A stretch of DNA of 64,000 nucleotides from the NCBI GenBank assembly GCA_011174825.1, contig DUEZ01000078.1:27947-91946 (forward strand). Direction: 5' to 3'. The position numbers and the translations under genes are program-made. Numbering within the stretch: position 1 is the first letter of the stretch; each line of letters begins with the position of its first letter. Below, piece after piece: positions 39,427-48,666 of the stretch. Under the pieces are notes generated by a model. It worked only from the letters and a program-made list of their open reading frames with translations, did not search any database and was not told the origin of the DNA. The stretch is from Anaerolineae bacterium. GTDB taxonomy: Bacteria > Chloroflexota > Anaerolineae > Anaerolineales > E44-bin32.

Positions 39427-40422
39427 TTACACTAAGGCCAGAGCTACCCCGAACATGCCCGATAACAAGGCCACAAGCCAGAATCGCTGCACGATCTGGG
39501 TTTCACTCCAACCGCTAAGCTCGAAATGGTGATGAAGGGGCGCCATCTTGAACAACCGTCGACCCTTGGTCCATCTGAAATAGGCAACCTGCAGGATCCA
39601 ACTCACCGTCACACTGAAGGGGATAATGGCGATCATAGGCAACAAAAACCAATGTCCAGTCATGAGCGCCACGACAGCTAATGTCCCTCCCAGTGCTAAT
39701 GATCCTGTATCACCCATAAACAACTCGGCAGGGTGGGCGTTGTACCAAAGGAATGCAAACAAAGCACCCACGACGGTAAAACAGAATCGGACCAAGAAAA
39801 TCTGCCCTTGGAGCATGGCGATTGCCCCATATGCAGCAAATGCCGTCGCGGCGATTAATCCGGCTAATCCATCGAGACCATCCGTCAGGTTGACAGCATT
39901 ACAGGTACCAACAATCACAAACATAGCAATCGGAACATACCAAATGCCGAGGTTCAGCGCCTCCGGAACATTGGGCAGGATCAGTTCCGGTGGTTGCAAT
40001 CCATACTTCAAGATCAGAGCAGCGCCGAGAGCGATGATCGTTTGAAGCAGGAATTTCCAGCGCCCCTTCATACCCTCCCCACGGCGTGGACCTCGGACTC
40101 CAAGCCAATCGTCCCAAGCTCCCACGGCGGCATACGCAAGCATGACCAACATTGGAAGCAATATCGAATTACCAAGCACAGTAAGATCACTGAGGATGGA
40201 AACCAGATTTAAGACACCGGTGATCAACAAAACGGGGATGATGAAAAGCCACCCCCCCATCGTCGGCGTCCCCAGCTTGGTGAAGTGCCTTTGAGGACCT
40301 TCGATGCGAATCTGCTCGCCGATGTGTAATATGCGTAAGATACGCACAAGTGGTCCGCCCCAGATCACACTCAGCAAGAAGGTGATCCCACCCAAGGAGA
40401 GCGCCAGCGCCGTCTGGCTCAT
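39427..40422 (-). CDS. mraY: Phospho-N-acetylmuramoyl-pentapeptide transferase
   Basis: GTPTMGG, DD, NAVNLTDGLDGL, FMGDTGS and MAPLHHHFE motifs. Confidence 0.97.
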   Translation of the reverse strand: MSQTALALSLGGITFLLSVIWGGPLVRILRILHIGEQIRIEGPQRHFTKLGTPTMGGWLFIIPVLLITGVLNLVSILSDLTVLGNSILLPMLVMLAYAAVGAWDDWLGVRGPRRGEGMKGRWKFLLQTIIALGAALILKYGLQPPELILPNVPEALNLGIWYVPIAMFVIVGTCNAVNLTDGLDGLAGLIAATAFAAYGAIAMLQGQIFLVRFCFTVVGALFAFLWYNAHPAELFMGDTGSLALGGTLAVVALMTGHWFLLPMIAIIPFSVTVSWILQVAYFRWTKGRRLFKMAPLHHHFELSGWSETQIVQRFWLVALLSGMFGVALALV

Positions 40423-41840
40423 ACAATCTCCTCCAGGCTAGCCACAATGAGGTCCATCCTCATGCCGCGCGATCCTTTGACCAAAACAACATCATTTTCC
40501 CCAACCCGGGCTTGCAGATATTCGATCGCCTGTTGGCTATCCTCCAAGATCACAACCTGATCCTCAGACATTCCCGCCAAACGTGCTTCATTGGCGATCC
40601 AATGGGCACGATTTCCTACGGTGACCAATTCGTCAGCCACCTGCGCCGCTCGTACACCGACCATACGGTGACCGCGCTCTTCAAAATCCCCTAATTCGAG
40701 CATGTCGCCCAATACCGCAACCCGACGTCCTTCCAGTTCCGCCAGCAGATTCAATGCTGCAATCGTTGATGGCGGTGCTGCGTTATACGTGTCATCCAAC
40801 AAAAGGGCGCCGTTCGGTCCCTGTACCGCGACCAGGCGTAATTGGCTTTGGCTGCTCTGTAATCCACTCACAATTTCTTCCCAGCTCAGATCCTCGATCA
40901 GCCCAACGGCCGCTGCCCGCAGAGCGGTATGCACGGAGTGCCGACCAAGCAGGGGCACACGAATATAGATGCTTTCATTACCGTAGTGCATGACAAATCG
41001 CACACCTTCTAAACCCAAGCTGCGGATTTCACTTGCCCACAGATCTGCGTCGGGAGAGAGTCCGTAGAAAACCACTTTCCCTTGTGTTCGTTCAGACATC
41101 GCGCGCGTGAGTGGGTCATCATAGTTCAGTATCGCTACCCCCTCTGGCGCTGGAGGCAGGCTCTCGACCAACTCACCTTTACCCTGCACGATCGCTTCCA
41201 TCGTTCCCGCACGCTCAAGGTGGACTTGGCTGACGTTTGTAATCACGCCAACCTGCGGTTGAGCGATTTCGCAGAGTAAAGCGATTTCACCAGGAATGTA
41301 GAAACCCATCTCAAGCACAGCTCGCTCGTGGCCTTCCGTGATCTTCAATAAGCTCACCGGTAATCCGATTTCATTATTCAGATTTCCCGGGTTTTTTATC
41401 GTTCGATAACGCTGTTCCAGGACTTCTGCGGTGAGTTCTTTGGTCGTTGATTTCCCTACGCTGCCTGTGATGCCAATCACTCGAAGGTCAAGCGACTCCC
41501 GCCAACTCTTGGCGATTTTCTGTAACGCATCAAGCGAGCTTTCGACCCGCAAACAGATAGGTAAAACCAGTTCGTTTACCGCCTGCTCTGAAACCGGTTC
41601 CCGAAGATCAAGTACTGTGAATTCGGAGGGGACTTCACGCTCAATAAGCGCGATCAACGCACCGCGTCCGAAAGCCTCCCCGATATAGTCATGCCCGTCC
41701 ACCTTTTCTCCGGGTAGGGCAACGAAAAGCGACCCAGGGATCACCAAACGCGAGTCAATCGCCGCGTCCGTGATAACTTGATCAAACGCGACCATCTCCT
41801 GACCAGTGATTGCTTTGAGAACGTGTCCCAGCGTTAGCAT
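40419..41840 (-). CDS. murF: UDP-N-acetylmuramoyl-tripeptide--D-Ala-D-Ala ligase
   Basis: GITGSVGKSTTKE, NNEIGLP, DDTYNA, GDMLELG and VKGSRG motifs. Confidence 0.97.
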   Translation of the reverse strand: MLTLGHVLKAITGQEMVAFDQVITDAAIDSRLVIPGSLFVALPGEKVDGHDYIGEAFGRGALIALIEREVPSEFTVLDLREPVSEQAVNELVLPICLRVESSLDALQKIAKSWRESLDLRVIGITGSVGKSTTKELTAEVLEQRYRTIKNPGNLNNEIGLPVSLLKITEGHERAVLEMGFYIPGEIALLCEIAQPQVGVITNVSQVHLERAGTMEAIVQGKGELVESLPPAPEGVAILNYDDPLTRAMSERTQGKVVFYGLSPDADLWASEIRSLGLEGVRFVMHYGNESIYIRVPLLGRHSVHTALRAAAVGLIEDLSWEEIVSGLQSSQSQLRLVAVQGPNGALLLDDTYNAAPPSTIAALNLLAELEGRRVAVLGDMLELGDFEERGHRMVGVRAAQVADELVTVGNRAHWIANEARLAGMSEDQVVILEDSQQAIEYLQARVGENDVVLVKGSRGMRMDLIVASLEEIV

Positions 41841-41855
41841 CGGGCTATCACTTTT

Positions 41856-43676
41856 CTATTCCTCTAGGTTCAATCCTTCGTAGATTGAATCAGGAGGAAT
41901 TTCCAACATGATCACCAAACGTTCAACGATCTCACGGAACACTGGCGCCGCAACCACAGATCCCCAGGGGGAGGTTTGCGGCTTATCCACACGTACAAAC
42001 ACGAGGAATTCTGGATCCCTCACCGGGCCCCAACCCACGAAGGACGCCACTGTCCAGCGGGGGTCGTAACCAAATTCACCGGGTATTTGTGCTGTGCCCG
42101 TCTTACCTGCCAGCTGATACCCAGCTACATGAGCGAAATTCGTTTCTCCACTCAGCGACTTTGTCAACATGTTTGTTAATGTCTCGGCTGTCTCGCGTGA
42201 GATCGGCTGTCCTAGAACCGTTGTTTTAGGCCAATAAACACCATCCGGACCGACAACTTCGAGCACCACATGTGGTTGCACCATGACACCCTGATTAGCA
42301 ATTGCGCCAACGGCTGTAATCAGTTGGATGGAGGTAACAGAAACGCCTTGGCCAAAAGCATTGGTCCCCAAATCAGACTCGGTCCAATCTGGATGGCGTG
42401 GCGTTCGTAATTGCCCTGAAACCTCGCCTGCCAAATCGATCCCTGTCTGCTTTCCGATCCCGAATGCTCTCAGATACTCATAGAACATCGGCGCGCCCAA
42501 CTTCTCCGAGGAGACATACGCCAAACACACATTCAACGAGTGTTCCATGCACCCGAGCATCGTTTGCGATCCCCATGCCCTGCCATCCCAATTTCGGATC
42601 GTGTGACCTCCCACTTCGATTTGGCCAGTATCGATGAATTCTTCCTCGGGCGTCACCAATCCAGCATCGAGCGCCGCAGCCATGGTCAAGACTTTAAAGG
42701 TTGAACCTGGTTCAAATTGCCCGGCAACGGCGGGATTAATCACGGGCTCTTCCTCGTCGTCCTCACTCTCCTCTTCCGACCTCTCCTCTGGAGGCAGCCA
42801 TGGTTCGTAATTGTTGGGATCGAGAGGAGGCCAAATTGCCATGGCGAGGATCTCGCCATTTTCGGGATCCATTACGATCACTTGTCCACTTTCTGCATTA
42901 TCGGCTTCAATCGTTTGTTTGAGGATGTCCTCCACCATCTGCTGGATGTCTAAATCAATGGTCAGCACCAGGTTGACTCCGGCAGGAGGATCTGGTCTCA
43001 GCCTTGCCTCAAGCGGAATGTAACCACGTTCGATGGTGATCGATCTTCCGACAAGCCAGTCATCGTAGTAACCTTCAACCCCGAAATATCCTTTACCCTT
43101 TTGATTCACGAAGCCGATTACATGACCAGCCAACGATCCTGCTGGATAAGCTCTACTCGGAGCAGGGACGAGTGATAAACCGCTCAGATCAGGTGCTTCG
43201 GGATCCTCCAGGAAACCTTTGAGCACATCAGCAGCGATCTGATCGACAGTGATGGGCCAACGCTTCCCACCGCTGATCTCGCGTGTCAGGCGGATGCGTA
43301 GTTGACCTTCATCTACCCATTCGTACGTTAGCTGGCTATAAACATCATCGAAAGGAAGAACCAAAGCACGAGACAATACGGCCGCGATTTGTTTCTTACT
43401 GGTCTCAGTAAGTTGGCGAACCTCAACCTCTAAGTAGTACAGCGGGACGTTCGAAGCCAGGACTCTTCCATCTCGGTCGTAAATCACGCCTCTGGTCGGT
43501 TCGACCTTGTCCACCTGCTCGGCAACAATTTCCTCGATAGCTGCGAATGCAGGGGCGTAGGGGCCAAACTGGACGCGGATCAACTGAACTACCATGGCGA
43601 GTACAACAATCGCCACAAGGGCCAACAGCATCCGAATTCGACGCCGAGACGGTCTTTGCTCCATCACTTTCTTCAC
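41856..43676 (-). CDS. ftsI: Class B penicillin-binding protein (FtsI)
   Basis: RGVIYDR, STFK (SxxK), SLN (SxN) and KTG motifs; exact start uncertain. Confidence 0.93.
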   Translation of the reverse strand: MKKVMEQRPSRRRIRMLLALVAIVVLAMVVQLIRVQFGPYAPAFAAIEEIVAEQVDKVEPTRGVIYDRDGRVLASNVPLYYLEVEVRQLTETSKKQIAAVLSRALVLPFDDVYSQLTYEWVDEGQLRIRLTREISGGKRWPITVDQIAADVLKGFLEDPEAPDLSGLSLVPAPSRAYPAGSLAGHVIGFVNQKGKGYFGVEGYYDDWLVGRSITIERGYIPLEARLRPDPPAGVNLVLTIDLDIQQMVEDILKQTIEADNAESGQVIVMDPENGEILAMAIWPPLDPNNYEPWLPPEERSEEESEDDEEEPVINPAVAGQFEPGSTFKVLTMAAALDAGLVTPEEEFIDTGQIEVGGHTIRNWDGRAWGSQTMLGCMEHSLNVCLAYVSSEKLGAPMFYEYLRAFGIGKQTGIDLAGEVSGQLRTPRHPDWTESDLGTNAFGQGVSVTSIQLITAVGAIANQGVMVQPHVVLEVVGPDGVYWPKTTVLGQPISRETAETLTNMLTKSLSGETNFAHVAGYQLAGKTGTAQIPGEFGYDPRWTVASFVGWGPVRDPEFLVFVRVDKPQTSPWGSVVAAPVFREIVERLVIMLEIPPDSIYEGLNLEE

Positions 43677-43681
43677 TTAAT

Positions 43682-44122
43682 TCACCAACCCAGCCAACGA
43701 AGTAGCCATTCACCAAGTGTTTCGGTGTAGGCAGGAGATAACATCCCCTCGCCAGTGTTGGTAGACGCTGGTGGTCGAGGTGCGATAAACGGTAGTGGAG
43801 GTGTGTAATCCTTCAAGAGGATGTAGTCAATCTCGGCAGGATAAGCGTATCGAAACCCTAGCCCGAGAGCACGTTGATACATCCTTTCCGGTGAGGTCAT
43901 TTCCGCTAATGTCGCTCCCATTTCAGCGTTGTAGCGAAGCAATTCCGCCTGTTGCCTCTGTAGATCAAGGACTTGACGACCCGCTCGAGCATGCCGAGCA
44001 TTTACCGTCAAGTACATTCCACCGATGATCAATAATGCGATCAACGGCAGCATGGATCCACTGGTCAGCCGAATTTGGACACGCCAGGGCGCTTGTTGAA
44101 AAGCCTGGAAACGACGTCTCAT
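43682..44122 (-). CDS. FtsL-like cell division protein
   Basis: Single TM plus coiled coil between rsmH and ftsI; start at MRRRFQ. Confidence 0.7.
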   Translation of the reverse strand: MRRRFQAFQQAPWRVQIRLTSGSMLPLIALLIIGGMYLTVNARHARAGRQVLDLQRQQAELLRYNAEMGATLAEMTSPERMYQRALGLGFRYAYPAEIDYILLKDYTPPLPFIAPRPPASTNTGEGMLSPAYTETLGEWLLRWLGW

Positions 44123-44167
44123 CTCATCCTCAACGCGACGGACTAAGCAACCTACACAGTGCAAGGT

Positions 44168-45121
44168 TCATGCCAATTCGATCCTTTCTGCTACACGTAA
44201 CCTGGCACTCCGGGATCGCGGATTGGCCTCCAATTCCGATATGTCTGGCCTAAGCGGACGTTTTGTGATCACCTGTAATCGAGCCTGATGATCACACGTA
44301 CAAACCACTTGATCCGGTGGGCAAATGCAATCAGCGCTCTCACGCCGGTATATTCTTTTAACCAGTCGATCCTCCAGCGAATGGAACGAGATCACCGCGA
44401 TCCGACCACCAGGAGCTATCCGATCGATAGCTTGCTCCAGCCCTTCCACCAAGGCATTCAACTCGTCATTGACCGCGATACGCAGGGCTTGAAACGTCCG
44501 AGTAGCTGGATGTATCTTCCTTCGCCCCCCCTTCACTACTCGGGTAATGAGCTCCGCCAACTCATGCGTCGTATGTAGAGGTCTGGCCTTAACGATTGCC
44601 CTCGCCACACGACGCGCGCGAGGCTCCTCTCCGTACCGAACGATCAAATCTGCCAGTTCTCCCTCGGGCAGGCCGTTGACGAGATCTGCTGCTGTCGTTG
44701 CTTGCGTTGGATCGAAACGCATGTCTAAGGGGCCATCCAAACGAAAAGAGAAACCTCTCTTCGCATCCTCTAAAACCATCGAAGAAACACCAAGATCGAG
44801 GAGCAAACCATCCGCGGTTTTCCAACCGAGTTCATCAGCAAACACTGCCAGATCGCGATAGGATCCGTGTCGTAGATGCACACGGTCTTCAAACTCTGCA
44901 AGGCGATCCTGCACAAGCTCCAACGCTGCTGGATCGAGGTCGATGCCTAACACCTGGCCGTCCGGAGAGGAAGCCTCAAGTATTCCTAAGCTGTGACCTC
45001 CAGCTCCAATCGTGCCATCTATATAGCGCCCTCCCGCACCCGGTCTGAGCGCGTGAAGAACGCGTTGGTAAAGTACCGGGGTATGTCCACGGACATGAGC
45101 GTCGTCAACTGACGCGCTCAT
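44168..45121 (-). CDS. rsmH: 16S rRNA m4C1402 methyltransferase
   Basis: HTPVL, DGTIGAGGHS, DLGVSS, FQALRIAVN, SFHSLED and NPRSRSA motifs. Confidence 0.98.
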   Translation of the reverse strand: MSASVDDAHVRGHTPVLYQRVLHALRPGAGGRYIDGTIGAGGHSLGILEASSPDGQVLGIDLDPAALELVQDRLAEFEDRVHLRHGSYRDLAVFADELGWKTADGLLLDLGVSSMVLEDAKRGFSFRLDGPLDMRFDPTQATTAADLVNGLPEGELADLIVRYGEEPRARRVARAIVKARPLHTTHELAELITRVVKGGRRKIHPATRTFQALRIAVNDELNALVEGLEQAIDRIAPGGRIAVISFHSLEDRLVKRIYRRESADCICPPDQVVCTCDHQARLQVITKRPLRPDISELEANPRSRSARLRVAERIELA

Positions 45122-45124
45122 TGC

Positions 45125-45562
45125 TTACCCCGCTGAAAGATCAAATTCTGAGAAACGCCGAGCGTTGATATCCGGATCGGCTACCGAAGTTAGTTCTATA
45201 TCCCAGGCATCGGCGCTCCAAATCTCAAAGTATTCCCCCGCACCAATAATCGCCGTCTCTCCGTCTAAATGTGCCCACTCACGAAGATAAGGTGGTATGA
45301 GGATGCGACCAGATCCATCAAGTGTGACTTCGGTCGCTCTACCGAAAATTAGGCGCCGCATTGCACGCGCTTCAGGATTGGTGTTGCTGAGTTTCGTTGC
45401 TCGCTGGGCCAGCACGTTATAGCTTTCTGTGGTATAAACAATTACGTTACGTTCGAAACCCTGGGTAATATACGCTCCTGAGGAGAGCGCAGCGCGATAC
45501 CGCACCGGGATGGTTAGCCGGCCTTTCGCATCGATGTGGTGAGTGAACTGGCCTAGGAACAT
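45125..45562 (-). CDS. mraZ: Transcriptional regulator MraZ
   Basis: IDAKGRLTIP and LDGSGRILIP repeats; FEIW. Confidence 0.97.
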   Translation of the reverse strand: MFLGQFTHHIDAKGRLTIPVRYRAALSSGAYITQGFERNVIVYTTESYNVLAQRATKLSNTNPEARAMRRLIFGRATEVTLDGSGRILIPPYLREWAHLDGETAIIGAGEYFEIWSADAWDIELTSVADPDINARRFSEFDLSAG

Positions 45563-45610
45563 GTAGATTTCTCAGCGATCACAATTTTGAACGCCGGCTC
45601 ATACCGGCGT

Positions 45611-45645
45611 CCCACTATCCCCCACTTTTACCCACAAGTACCCAC
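45611..45645 (-). promoter_or_regulatory. MraZ binding boxes: four GTGGG at exact 10-bp period
   Basis: CCCAC on the plus strand at 45611, 45621, 45631 and 45641, just downstream of a minus-strand TATACT -10 (45648-45653). Confidence 0.88.
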
Positions 45646-45767
45646 TCAGTATAACTCAATTCCACATGTCAACGCAACCCCTTTCGATATTTTTAAGGAT
45701 CAGTACTTTGTTCCTATTCGCATAGGTCAGAAGAAACGCACCCTTTGAATCGATTGCGATCTTTCCA

Positions 45768-45800
45768 AATTCCCCGCGAGCTTAAAGTTCGTGGGGAGTT
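45768..45800. repeat. 33-bp palindromic repeat, family A, copy 4
   Basis: AATTCCCCGCGAGCT-TAA-AGTTCGTGGGGAGTT. Confidence 0.8.
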
Positions 45801-45912
45801 ACATGGGAAACCCTCGTCCCTGGCGATTTTCTCTACGTCCTATGTTCTTGGCCGAGATCGTTTGAGGGCGAAAATTCGGTAACACCGAGTGAATTCTGGG
45901 AGGGGTGAAAAC

Positions 45913-45945
45913 AAAAAATAGCCCCGGAGCAAAGACTCCGGGGCC
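45913..45945 (-). terminator. Intrinsic terminator of rnpB
   Basis: GCCCCGGAG-N6-CTCCGGGGC followed by TATTTTTT on the minus strand. Confidence 0.85.
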
Positions 45946-45952
45946 TTGACTG

Positions 45953-46452
45953 TGGCTCGACCTATAAGCCGCGTTCTGTCCGAAAGATATCTGCGGTTTA
46001 CGGGCTCACTCTTTGCCAAACCGCTAGGCTAGTTTGACGAATTTACAACAGAGCGGATCCTTCATCCCTCAGACATCGATCTGAGCGATCATCTATCTCG
46101 GCACACACGTCACCGTGAGGCTCATGCGGCCTACCCGGAGCTCAAGGAAGACGAGCAACCTCCCGTCCGTATACGGACTTCGCTCCTGCTTGGCCTTGCT
46201 CCCGATGGGGGTTGCCTGGCCGCTGACATCACTGCCAACGCCGGTGGTCTCTTACACCACCTTTTCACCCTTACCTGATCGAAGGAGATCAATGGCAAAG
46301 GAACCCTTCGCCACGACCCATAGACCAGGCGGTCCTTTTCTGTGGTCCTTTCCGCGGGTCTCCCCGCCCGGGTATTACCCGGCATCGAGCTCTGCGGAGC
46401 GCGGACTTTCCTCAGGCGGTCAAAGCCACCTGCGATCGCCCGGTCGATCCAT
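45953..46452 (-). ncRNA. rnpB: RNase P RNA, bacterial type A
   Basis: GAGGAAAGTCC, ACAGAAA, GGGTGAAAAGGTGGTGTAAGAGACCACC, GAGCAAG, AGATAGATGATCGC and ACAGAACGCGGCTTA; P1 TGGATCGACC/GGTCGAGCCA. Confidence 0.97.
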
Positions 46453-46545
46453 CAGTCGATTCCATCATACCTTCCAAATACTCCGTCGTCAACCACATTC
46501 ATCTTCTTGATTTGATGACCAATATTGAATGCATATAAACAAAAA

Positions 46546-46701
46546 CTCACCCTGAGCCTGCTTTATCCTGCCTGTCCTGAGCTCGCCGAGGGGAGCATAT
46601 CGAAGGGTCGAAGGATGCGTACTACAGTGATCCTTCGACAGGTTTTGTCCTGAGTCATGTCCTGAGCTTATCGAAGGATTGTCGAAGGGCTAAGGATGAC
46701 T
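46546..46701. repeat. Nested cluster of six 23-24 bp CCTGAG..CGAAGG elements
   Basis: Two three-level nests; removing the inserts leaves an inverted doublet (see findings). Confidence 0.85.
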
Positions 46702-46945
46702 TTCGTTCTTGGGCTTCATCGTTTTCATCGTGATCTAGTACTAAGTGTAGATTCTCGAAAATCTTGCACATTCCCACCACCTGTATTGTATTGAGAGGTT
46801 GAGTGGCAGCTCAAACACAAAGAGCCCTTTTCAACTTCAACTGAAGCCTTGTGCTCACCATTGGAGACCGCTCATCTCCAGCTCAGGCATTAACCCTCTT
46901 AACGCATACTTATGGTGCACTAACGCATTTCTAATGGTTTTCGCC

Positions 46946-46974
46946 TTGAATACATTTAATGAGCAAGCTATAAT
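46946..46974 (+). promoter_or_regulatory. Sigma70-type promoter of the FmdB-family gene
   Basis: TTGAAT-N17-TATAAT followed by AAGGAG RBS. Confidence 0.7.
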
Positions 46975-47000
46975 TCTCTTGGTAAAGGAGAACGTGAGCG

Positions 47001-47285
47001 ATGCCTGTATATACGTATCGCTGCCAAAATTGCGGTGTTCAATTCGATCGTCGTGTAACCTTTGACGACAAGCCACTCACTCGCTGTCCCGAGTGTAGTA
47101 AGGATGCCTTACGGAAGGTCTATTTACCAGTTGGGATCGTCTTCAAAGGCTCTGGCTTCTATGCCACCGACCATCGTTCTCCATCAGGTCAGCGGACGAC
47201 CAAGAAATCTGACAGCAAGCCAGAAGAAACGAAAGACAAATCCGAGGACTCACCGTCTTCCAGTGAATCCTCACGAGATGATTAA
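47001..47285 (+). CDS. FmdB family zinc-ribbon protein
   Basis: MPVYTYRCQNCG, CPEC, FKGSGFYATD and a low-complexity tail. Confidence 0.92.
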   Translation: MPVYTYRCQNCGVQFDRRVTFDDKPLTRCPECSKDALRKVYLPVGIVFKGSGFYATDHRSPSGQRTTKKSDSKPEETKDKSEDSPSSSESSRDD

Positions 47286-47305
47286 CGGATTTCACCTGAG
47301 TAATC

Positions 47306-47338
47306 AAAAAAAGAGCCGAGATACATCTCGGCTCTTTT
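47306..47338. terminator. Bidirectional intrinsic terminator
   Basis: AAAAGAGCCGAGAT-AC-ATCTCGGCTCTTTT between convergent genes. Confidence 0.9.
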
Positions 47339-47359
47339 CAATTCTAGGGTTCAATATCG

Positions 47360-47662
47360 TTACATTTGGAATCCACCCGTCGCCCGAACCACCTTGGCAC
47401 TAAAATTAATCACAAAATCAAACAATCTGCTACTGAGCTCCGCCCATTCATCCGTGTCTAAAGCCTCGCGCATCGTGTCCATCTCTTCGGCCACGAAACC
47501 GGTCAACATCTGCGGAGCTTCTCCGTAGGTCGTATACCAGGCCTCGGTTGGTTGGATTCCGAGACGCTGCATTCCTGGCACGAATTCCCGTACGAGAAAT
47601 TCGAAATATTCCTGTTCACGCCCAGGCACCATATCCCAGGTCATGAGCAACTTGACCGCCAT
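47360..47662 (-). CDS. Hypothetical protein, possibly dimeric alpha-beta barrel (NIPSNAP-like)
   Basis: Alternating beta/alpha pattern (KLLMTWD..PG...Y..F); 100 aa. Confidence 0.7.
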   Translation of the reverse strand: MAVKLLMTWDMVPGREQEYFEFLVREFVPGMQRLGIQPTEAWYTTYGEAPQMLTGFVAEEMDTMREALDTDEWAELSSRLFDFVINFSAKVVRATGGFQM

Positions 47663-47733
47663 AGATCGCCTTTCTACCTTAAATCACGATGAGGGTTACA
47701 CCACCCCCTCATGCTATTATTCAACGCTGCTTC

Positions 47734-48375
47734 CTAGGAAACAGGTTCAAGAACAACAACCTGTGTTTCCGATGAGAGTCCACCCTTCCTGATCTTTAAT
47801 GAAGGAAGGGGATCAAGCTTCGCAGTTCCCATCTCCGATAGAAAGCGTGCGACAGTTCCCAACTTCGGCCCTTCTTTGATCGTCTTATAGTACATTGGAA
47901 CAACAATCGAAGGTTCGATAAGACTGATCACTTCAGCCGCCTGAGATGGTGTCAGCGCTCCCCCACCTCCAACTGGCACCAAGGCAACATCAACCGCACC
48001 AAGGTTCTCAATCTCAGCCTGTGATGGGACATAAGATAGATTGCCGAGATGAGCTACGGTTAATCGGTTGAAATCGAATACATATAGTAAATTCGATTGG
48101 TTTTTTTTCTTCTTCCCATCCTTCGGGGTCATCAGAATCCCGATGATGAAGACACCGCCGATTTCAAACTCTCCGGGACGCTGGATGACCCTCCGCTTCC
48201 CTTTGACGGCTTTGACATGATTATGAGATGGCGTGTCATCACTCACGGTCACGATGTCGCCCCTTAATTTAACCTCCGGCAAACCCAAACTAGGATCGAA
48301 GGGATCCGTTACAACGCTCGCTAGACTCCGCTCGGTTAAGCGAAAACATGAAAGGCCATACCAAGTTATTTCCAC
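47734..48375 (-). CDS. Metallo-beta-lactamase-fold protein with degenerate metal site
   Basis: ITWYG.SCF, TDPF, PGEFEIGGV, LVPVGG and EP.IVVPM motifs; most Zn ligands altered. Confidence 0.85.
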   Translation of the reverse strand: MEITWYGLSCFRLTERSLASVVTDPFDPSLGLPEVKLRGDIVTVSDDTPSHNHVKAVKGKRRVIQRPGEFEIGGVFIIGILMTPKDGKKKKNQSNLLYVFDFNRLTVAHLGNLSYVPSQAEIENLGAVDVALVPVGGGGALTPSQAAEVISLIEPSIVVPMYYKTIKEGPKLGTVARFLSEMGTAKLDPLPSLKIRKGGLSSETQVVVLEPVS

Positions 48376-48666
48376 TCATCCTCCACAACCATAGGCGAGC
48401 GATTATACACGATCAACCCACAGAGTGCCAAAGCTTATCATCAAGCTTGGTGCTTCTTTTGAGAAGTTGCTCATTGGAGTCACGGAAAGAGATACTCGGT
48501 CAAGGTGTTGGTTTGCCCCCTCAAGCTATAAGTGATTATTATCGTGAAATATGAGCCTGAAGACACTCTCCCACATCAAACTCGGGTAATAATCATCTGC
48601 TGTTCTATTTAGGTCCGTACTAATGTATGATTTGATAAAGTTGTATCACAGGCTAAAATCAACCTA

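Noticed and set aside
46115-46510. ORFs overlapping rnpB
   Set aside because: They are chance frames across a structured RNA gene.
46546-46701. Possible mini CRISPR array
   Set aside because: The units are nested and inverted with no regular unique spacers, and there are no cas genes in the window.
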